Made by a program: the position numbers and the translations under genes. Below the pieces are notes generated by a model that saw nothing but the letters and a program-made list of their open reading frames with translations, was not told where the DNA came from and made no database searches. A stretch of 64,000 bases of DNA, from contig MCFE01000496.1 of the NCBI GenBank assembly GCA_002104905.1, positions 1 through 64,000 on the forward strand. Reading direction: 5' to 3'. Source of the DNA: Basidiobolus meristosporus CBS 931.73 (lineage: Eukaryota; Fungi; Basidiobolomycota). Below, in pieces: positions 56,837 through 64,000 of this stretch (position 1 is its first letter; every line of letters starts with the position of its first letter).

Positions 56837-57851
56837 TGTTGTAAGAGTCTTGGAGATATTGGAAGTGATTAGCAGAACAAGTAGATTATGTGGTTTTCAC
56901 TTAATGATTTATTGAATGTAAAAGTAGTATTTATACTTTTACCTGGTCTTGGCACTACAAACATGTAGAATAGGTTAAAGAAGGTCCTATGAACATGTGT
57001 GCAAAGCTTGGGGCTGTTTGGACAACTTTGAGAATTTTTGTGTTCTGGGTACCTGGTATTTTGGTGAAAATATTCTAAGTAAATCCTGACAAGGAATTTG
57101 GTCAGTATTCTCTAGAATTTGAGGGTAGTGATTTAAGTGACTAAGTTAGGTGAATATTTAGGTGGAATTACAGACTTTTACAACACTCTTACTCAGCTAA
57201 ATGTTCATACTGACTAGTTCTAATTTTGACCTAAAATATTCAAACTTGTCTCTAGCTATTGTTTGGTAAATATGGCTGCAATCATTTCATCTGTAGGATA
57301 GTAAACTAAGCCAACTAAGTTATTCTCTATAGCTTCACGTATGAAATGATGTCTAATATCTATGTGCTTGGTTCTAGCATGAAAAGTTGGATTCCTACAT
57401 AATTGTATACATCCTTGATTATCTTGAAATAAAGTAATAGGTGTTTTTTGACATAGGCCTAAATCTGTAAAAAGCTTTCTTAACCACATTGACTCTTTTG
57501 TAGCTTCACAGGCTGCCATATACTCTGCCTCTGCAGTAGAAAGTGCTACAGTTGGCTGCTTTCTTGAATTCCATGAAATTGCTCCTTTATAGTAAAGAAA
57601 GGTGTATCCTGTGGTGGATCTTCTGTCTTCTAAATTTTATCCCCAATCAGCATCGGAGTATCCAACAAGATCCTGTTCTGAATCCTTATAAGTGTATCTT
57701 AAGCAGATATCAGCAGTTCCTTTTAGGTATCTAAAAATCTGCTTAACTGCTGCAATATGATCAGATCCATAGTTCTGATTTTGTTGGCTGACAACTCCCA
57801 CTGAATATGAGATATCTGGATGTATTCCAAGCATGATATACATCAGACTGC
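56837..57851 (-). mobile_element. 5'-truncated copia: RT end, RNase H, PPT and 349-bp 3' LTR (56837-57185)
   Basis: Close inverted homolog of about 4650-5645; TKHIDIRHHFIRE; PPT GAGTAAGAG next to TGTTG. Confidence 0.95.
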
Positions 57852-59222
57852 AAGATAGTGTTACACATATGTGTGTATGTGGTACCACAACTTTATTTAT
57901 AATGCTTACTATGGTGGGTCATCACTGAATCTTATATTCATGTAGGTGCATTGTCTCAAATACAAGACTGTCTTAATTTTGCATGAGTATTGACCAAAGG
58001 GTGATATAATAGCAGTACATTGTTGAAGGTTAAGCTCTTTGCCCTATGGACAAGACTACTTTGACTTAATGCTATTAGAGAAGAGAAAAAAGACCATGTG
58101 GCTATTGTGACAAGCCATGAAGCATGCAGACAGCATAGGAAGTATTACAAGGATCACAGCCAGTGCTTTGCCACCCAAGTCATATTTAACTATTCATTGG
58201 TCACTACTGTACCAACATTATCTTGCTGGCCAGTTGATACTTCTATATTGGCACCTGGCTGTCTTTGTCACCTTGCGCAAATTAAGGCAGGTGAGTTTGT
58301 GACACCTTTAAGCTCACCTCAGCCTTCTGAATATGGCATGCAGAGTGATAGCTCTGACAAAGAAGGTTCACTGATGGATTCTGAGCCTATCACCCCTAAC
58401 AACAATACTACATATAAGCCTGGTCAAATCCCTGTATGCAATGAGACAACACCAGTTGAGAAAACACCAAGAATACTTTATGGAGCCAAGTGAGCCCAGT
58501 AATCCATTTACTGGTGAATGATGTAATGTTGTGGCTGGAGAAGTGGAGCATTTCCACTAATATCAGTAATGGGGGCTTTGAGGATTTATTACTACTTCTT
58601 GCCAAAATCATACTGGGATGCAACTTGCCATGTACATGGTACAAGTGGACAACCATCATGCGGCTGGCAACATATGATCCAGAGACCGTCCTGATTACAG
58701 CATGTGTTAACAGTTGCATGGCATTCACATCCAAAAAATAATATGCAAATAAAGAGGGGTGATTCTACAGTGGAATTTATGAGTTGCACAAGGGGAGGTA
58801 GAAAAAGGAAACACCATTTGGTAAATTGGTGCAATAGCATTATACAGAACCAGCAGTAGGCCATCATAGTGCCAATATAATGCCATCAGAGTCTTGCTGT
58901 GAGGCCGTCAAAATACCGTAAAATTTCTTGCCATATAAGACAATTGGATGTCCTGGCTGACTGGATCCACTTGAAATAGTTATAGAGCACTAAAAGACTG
59001 CAACAATACCATGCAAATATCTTCACAGCACCAAGAAAATATTGTCAAGTTTTGTCCCTTTATTTAGTTTTAAGATTAGCAAAACACCATCATGATCCCA
59101 TCATAAGATTGTTAGGAGGGTCACCAACTTCAAACTGCTGGTATTATGATGGTCTCTCAAGAAGATCCTGATTGCTGATCTGGATTGGATCCACCTGCGG
59201 GACCGAATTATTTTTCATAGGG
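57852..59222 (+). mobile_element. Internally deleted derivative of CMC family 1
   Basis: 57852-58740 aligns to inverted 55345-56230 and 58741-59222 aligns to inverted 47000-47495; ends TTTTTCATAGGG; the transposase core is missing. Confidence 0.8.
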
Positions 59223-60115
59223 AGAAGTTGCAACAAAAGAAGCACCCAGTCATTACAAAAGTGAAAGACTGGGTGGAGATGAAAGGAATGGTACAGGAAG
59301 AATGTCTATCCAAGACAGAGACAGAGAAGCATTAGAAAAAGCTGCAGTTCTTACCAATTAATGCTGTAAGCCCAGAACAGGCTAGATCCTTTAATAGCCA
59401 AGAAATATTACCTAAAAGGCAACAGCTCTATTCACAAGGATTGGAAGCTCTGCTAGTTATGCTCTTCACCAGTGAGGTAAATGAGATTACAAAGAAAGGC
59501 AATATTGCAAAGATTTAGTGCAAAGACTGGCAAATGTGGTGCTTGACCTTGCAATGCTCACAGCATAACTGGATGTATGAGATTCAGTGAATGCCCAATG
59601 GTATAAAGCTGTAGAGTTCCTGCAGAAGTCATGGAAAAAGGGCACCATAGCAGAAGTTGTTAGTGAGTGGTGGATCCAAATGGAGTTACTTGCTGAGTGT
59701 GAGGGCAAGTTCAATGCTAGTGTTGTTTATAGGGACTGGTATAGCTTACTACAGCTGGCAACTGAGTTACAGCTAGAGCTTCAACGTAAATATGCCATTT
59801 TGGGTTCATGAGCAGTAAGGCCATTGGTTAAGTTAGGGAGTATGGAGAGTGAGAAAAAGGCAATGGCTAAGCATGTACACAAAGATAGGGGGTGAATCAG
59901 TGTCTGCATTCAGAGAGTGAAATAATTGGCAGAAAACCATTCAAAAGATACCGTGTTTAATGTGGTGAAAAAATATGGACATTTTTTTCAATACAGGTGT
60001 GCAAGATTTCTTGACAGTCTTTGTACAGTGTTTTGTTGGGAACAATACCTCTTTGTGATGGATTTAAACTTTGTAATGGCTTTTGACAGGATCATGAGAG
60101 TTATTTTTCATAGGG
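59223..60115 (+). mobile_element. 3' part of CMC-like family 2
   Basis: Inverted homolog of 42029-43398 with a deletion of about 400 bp; ends TTATTTTTCATAGGG at 60115. Confidence 0.7.
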
Positions 60116-60296
60116 ATATGAATATATGTCCTCATTTTATGCATGGAGCTATATAGAATGACTCAACTTACTTAGCTTATTGTCTTATAGATACAATGAT
60201 TGCAGACATATATACCAGACTAATAGCTAGAGACAAATTTGAATATCCTGAATTGCAATCAGAATTGACCAATATTGCATCTTGGCTGTTTGCAAG

Positions 60297-60900
60297 TGTT
60301 GTAAAAACTTGTGTTTCCACCTAAATATCCACCTAGTTTTGTCATGTAGATCATTACCTACAGGTTTAGAGGATACTGACCAAATCCTTGCTGGTACTTA
60401 GACTATCCTCACAATTTTACCAGGTGCACAGAGCACATTGTTTTGATATATTGTTCAAAGAGCCCAAACCATATACATATGATCTTCAGACCTCCCCAAA
60501 CATACTCTAAGTGCTTGCTTTGCCAATATCATCCACAAGTCTTTATACTACTGTTACAGTCAGCAAATAATCAAACAAAAACTACATTGCTAAGTTGTCC
60601 TTCAAATTACTTTATATATTTAAGAAATTCTTACAACAGCCTATGTGTATTAAGCTGTCAAACTCCAGAATTTTTACCACAGCTGTTACAGGAAGCTTCC
60701 CTATGGAGGTCTTCATTCTGCTGAAATGTTAGATGGATCTTACTACAAAGCCTGGAAAGAGAAGATGAAACAATGCTACAAGAAAGTGGCTGCATGAGTA
60801 CTGCATTGAAAGAAGGGGCCCTCAAGTACAAAAAGAAAAAGCAAAGTGCTTTTAACTTGGTATGCTATTGCATTGAAGACAAATTTTGCTAACTCAATGC
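60297..60900 (+). mobile_element. Old copia copy D: LTR (60297-60638) and gag remnant
   Basis: TGTTGTAAAAACTTGTGTTTCCACCTAAAT...TTCTTACAACA, then a decayed (L)DGSYYKAWKEKM. Confidence 0.75.
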
Positions 60901-60949
60901 TCAAAAACAAAACACGGTATAACAAATAAAATACATTAGAAGGCACTTC

Positions 60950-61287
60950 TCTAGAGTTTGTAGAGACACTGAAAATGATTGGGGGAGCAAGTATATTGTG
61001 GTTTCACTTGATGATTGGTCAAATGCAAAAGCAGAATTTATAGAGCACATGGTCTTTGTAAAACAAACATACAGAATATGCATAGAATGGTCCCAAGAGC
61101 ATATGTGCAACTTGGAGGCTGTTTGAACAACTTGAGATTTCTCATACTTGGGCATCTGATGTTTTAGTAAGAATGTTCCAAGTATTTATTGACAAAGAGC
61201 TTGCTCAGTATTTCATCAGAGTTTTACACACCTATCTGAGCAAGTAAGCTGAATGAGTGTGTAGGTTAAATTACAAATTTTGCAACA
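60950..61287 (-). repeat. Highly degraded copia LTR
   Basis: Residual blocks GTGGTTTCACTTGATGA, CCCAAGAGCATATGTGCAA and TTACAAATTTTGCAACA. Confidence 0.65.
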
Positions 61288-61362
61288 TACTACTGCCTGT
61301 CATATTCAGCTGGTAGTTTGACTGAGTGCTCCTTCTATTGTAGCCCATATTTCTTGAGCAAA

Positions 61363-61707
61363 TGTTGTAAGTGCTTTGGATTTATTACAAGTGATTGAGA
61401 GAGCCAGTATATGATGTGGTTTCCACTTAATGATTTATTAAATTACAAGTATTACTTGTATCTCTACATGGTCATGGTAAAAAAAAACCAAATGTGCTTA
61501 ACAAGGCCCCAGGAGCATGTGTGCAAAGCTTGGGACTGTTTGGATGATTCTGAGATTTCTCATGTTTATGGTATGTGGTATTTGAGTCAGTATATTGCAA
61601 GTAGACTAGATAAGGCATTTGGCTAGTATTTTCTAAGATTTGTAAGAAATTATATAATTGACTAGGTTAGGGGAATACTCAGGTGGAAGTAAAAACCCCT
61701 ACAACCA
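61363..61707 (-). repeat. Degraded copia LTR
   Basis: TGTTGTAAG start, GTGGTTTCCACTTAATGATTTATT, GGCCCCAGGAGCATGTGTGCAAAGCTTGGG and AGGTGGAA near the end. Confidence 0.75.
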
Positions 61708-61957
61708 ACACTTACAAGTCATGTCCATTGGCTAGGAAAATATATCTTCAGCAAATATTTTCAATTACAAAATGCTACTCAGAGAAGAAATGGAAAATCA
61801 AGTTAGCAGGATATTCTATTGGCTGATGAGATGGATATGTATACTCACTATGAATGAGGATTTGCTAGTTACTCTTCTTCAAAGCCTGACAGACAAGCTT
61901 CAGGGTCACATATCCACTCTAGAGCTCATGGCTGAAGATGGGACCTTGAACTACATA

Positions 61958-62642
61958 TGTTACAAGTCTTGATGTAAGAGTTGTAGAGGAATAGGGAGTT
62001 TAGCTGGTATTGAATTCACAAAAAATTTAACTAATTTTTATTGAGGTTCCAGCAGCTGCTTTTGTACATTTTTGCTAGATTAATTGCGGACCTACTCTAT
62101 TTCCTAATGCAGGTTGTGGCTGATGACTCATTTGATTCATCAACTTCACCCAATTATATCCTACTTGATACATCTATTTATGTCTGATAAGGATTTGCTG
62201 ATTAATCTGCTTGCTAATATCACTGATTAGATAGATGACACTGATATACTGATAGGCTAAACACAATACTAATTAATTTGACTAAAAGCTGATCTAACTT
62301 GAACATTCAAGAAGTGTTCATAACATTCTCCCCTACTCAAGTTGAGAGGGTTCTGTGGTAATGGAAAGTATTCCATTACTACAATATCTCTAAACCAATA
62401 TTGCACTTATTTCTTTATTTTGCTTTTTGCTATTGTAACACACAAGTGAAAGATCAAGAATTTCCAACTTTGATGAGCAAATGCTCCAGACCCTGACAAG
62501 CAATCCACCCAAGAATATTATGTCATACAGAACACGTAGTAGCCAACACATATTTCAAATTACAGCTCATTTGAAGCAGTACTTAAGGAGTTATGACCAA
62601 AAGAGTCCAACTATTATATATACTATGCCTTATTGCTAGGAT
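61958..62642 (-). mobile_element. 3' end of gypsy family 2: 368-bp LTR (61958-62325), PPT and 3' leader
   Basis: Inverted homolog of LTR 62643-63010; PPT GAGTAGGGGAGAA abuts the LTR on the minus strand. Confidence 0.85.
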
Positions 62643-64000
62643 TGTTATGATCTGCCGCTTGAATGTTTAAGTTAGATCAGTTTTCAGTCAAATCAATTAG
62701 TATATGTTTAGGTTATCAGTATATCAGTATTATCTATGAAATCAGTAGCATTAGTCAGCAAATGAATCAGCAGATCCTTATCAGACAGAAATAGATATAT
62801 TAAGTAGGATCTTATTGGGTGATGATGATGCAATCAAATGAGTCATCAGCCACAACCTACATTAGGAAATACAATTAGTCAGCAATTGATCTGGCAAAAT
62901 GTATATAAGGAGCTGCTGGAACCTCAATAAAAATCAGTTCAAGTTTTAGTGAATACAATACTAGCTAAACTCCCTATTCCTCTACAACTCTTATACCAAG
63001 ACTTGTAACATTGGTAGCAGCGATAACCAGAAACCTCCCTCCTGAAGAAAGAAGAAACCACCCTCAAGATGTCGGACAATCAAGAATGGAAGAATGCCAT
63101 GCAGCAAATCCTGGCCCAACAGCAACAGCTACTCCAAATCCTCAGCCAACAGCAACAAGGAATGACTACCATGGCTCAGAGCCAGCAAAGCCCTATCAAG
63201 AGCAACTTTAGTGTGAAGGTCAACCGGTACCATGGCAGAGTCAATGAAAACCTGGGAACTTGGCTCTTTCAGATTGAAGAAGCTTTTAAAGCTAAAGGAA
63301 TTGCTCCAGAGAGCAAGTTGCATTATGCAGCTTCTTACCTGGCAGATGCAGCTTTACAGTGGTACCACAACAAGATCAGGTCAGCTACTATGATGGGATG
63401 CTCTACAATCTCTACCTGGGATGAGTTTGTGTTGGAAATTCAGGATGCTTTTGAACCTCCACACCAGCAGACACTACTAAGAAGGAAGTTAAAGACACTC
63501 AGACAGAAAGGAATGGTGCAAGAATACATCTATGAGTACAGATGTCTACTTGGACAAATTGAAAGAATGGACCCCTTGGATCAAGTTGAATACTTTATTG
63601 ATGGGTTGAAAGAAAGAACTCGCAAGGAAGTCAATTACCAAAGACCTCAGACTATTGAAGAAGCCATCAAGATTGCCATTGACTATGACTCAGCTATGTT
63701 TGGAGTTGGGAAGCCTACAGTGACTAGTCAGAAAGGCTATAATCATTATGAAAGAAGACAATCAGAAGCAGTACCAATGGAAATAGACGCTATGCAGAAG
63801 AATCCCTCCTCAGAAGAATGCAAGAAGAGAGGACTTTGCTTCAATTGCCACCAGCAGGGACATATTGCAAAGTACTGCCCTCAGAGAAGAAATGGACACC
63901 AGCCAACAAGAACCTTCAACCATATTGAATCCCATGAACACAATAATGAGGAAGATGAGCTTGAAGAAGACTCGGAACTCACCTTCCATATGACAGAAGA
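62643..64000 (+). mobile_element. 5' end of gypsy family 2: 368-bp LTR, tRNA PBS, gag running off the window
   Basis: LTR TGTTA...TAACA at 62643-63010; PBS TGGTAGCAGCG at 63012-63022. Confidence 0.93.
63069..64000 (+). CDS. Gypsy Gag, open to the window end (not in the ORF track)
   Basis: MSDNQEWK...LGTWLFQIE...AALQWY...TWDEF...LRQKGMVQEY...FIDGL...PMEID...CFNCHQQGHIAKYC with no stop. Confidence 0.93.
   Translation, partial: MSDNQEWKNAMQQILAQQQQLLQILSQQQQGMTTMAQSQQSPIKSNFSVKVNRYHGRVNENLGTWLFQIEEAFKAKGIAPESKLHYAASYLADAALQWYHNKIRSATMMGCSTISTWDEFVLEIQDAFEPPHQQTLLRRKLKTLRQKGMVQEYIYEYRCLLGQIERMDPLDQVEYFIDGLKERTRKEVNYQRPQTIEEAIKIAIDYDSAMFGVGKPTVTSQKGYNHYERRQSEAVPMEIDAMQKNPSSEECKKRGLCFNCHQQGHIAKYCPQRRNGHQPTRTFNHIESHEHNNEEDELEEDSELTFHMTE

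Noticed and set aside
47000-59222. Single 12-kb composite transposon bounded by inverted CCCTATGAAAA ends
   Set aside because: The flanks (ACT vs AGA) give no direct TSD, and both ends are the same end of two inverted copies.

Overview
Eukaryotic genomic DNA from an intron-rich fungus; the gene set includes YME2, RAD7, a YCK-type CK1 and an FSH hydrolase. An early-diverging lineage is my inference only. The window has three zones. (1) 1-6250: CpG-poor, decaying mobile-type DNA containing a partial kelch-like ORF, a broken ORF chain, a 155-bp tandem array and the 3' end of a Ty1/copia element. (2) About 6250-39050: a CpG-rich island of about 12 ordinary genes (GPI surface protein, UNC-93-like MFS, ABCG, CK1, YME2, PIN-like transporter, RasGAP, PAM2/R3HCC1-like protein, 2xCDGSH protein, RPS2, FSH hydrolase, RAD7). 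(3) About 39050-64000: an almost CpG-free nest of transposons. It holds most of the ~13 full or partial copies of one 349-bp copia LTR, two CACTA/CMC-like DNA-transposon families ending in CCCTATGA(A/G)AA, and a full-length chromodomain Ty3/gypsy element (48298-54198) with a 5-bp TSD, a -1 frameshift signal and an 11-nt self-priming duplex. A second gypsy family runs off the right end. All alignments and exon boundaries were done by eye, with no database search. There is no CRISPR array, and I could support no rRNA or tRNA gene.
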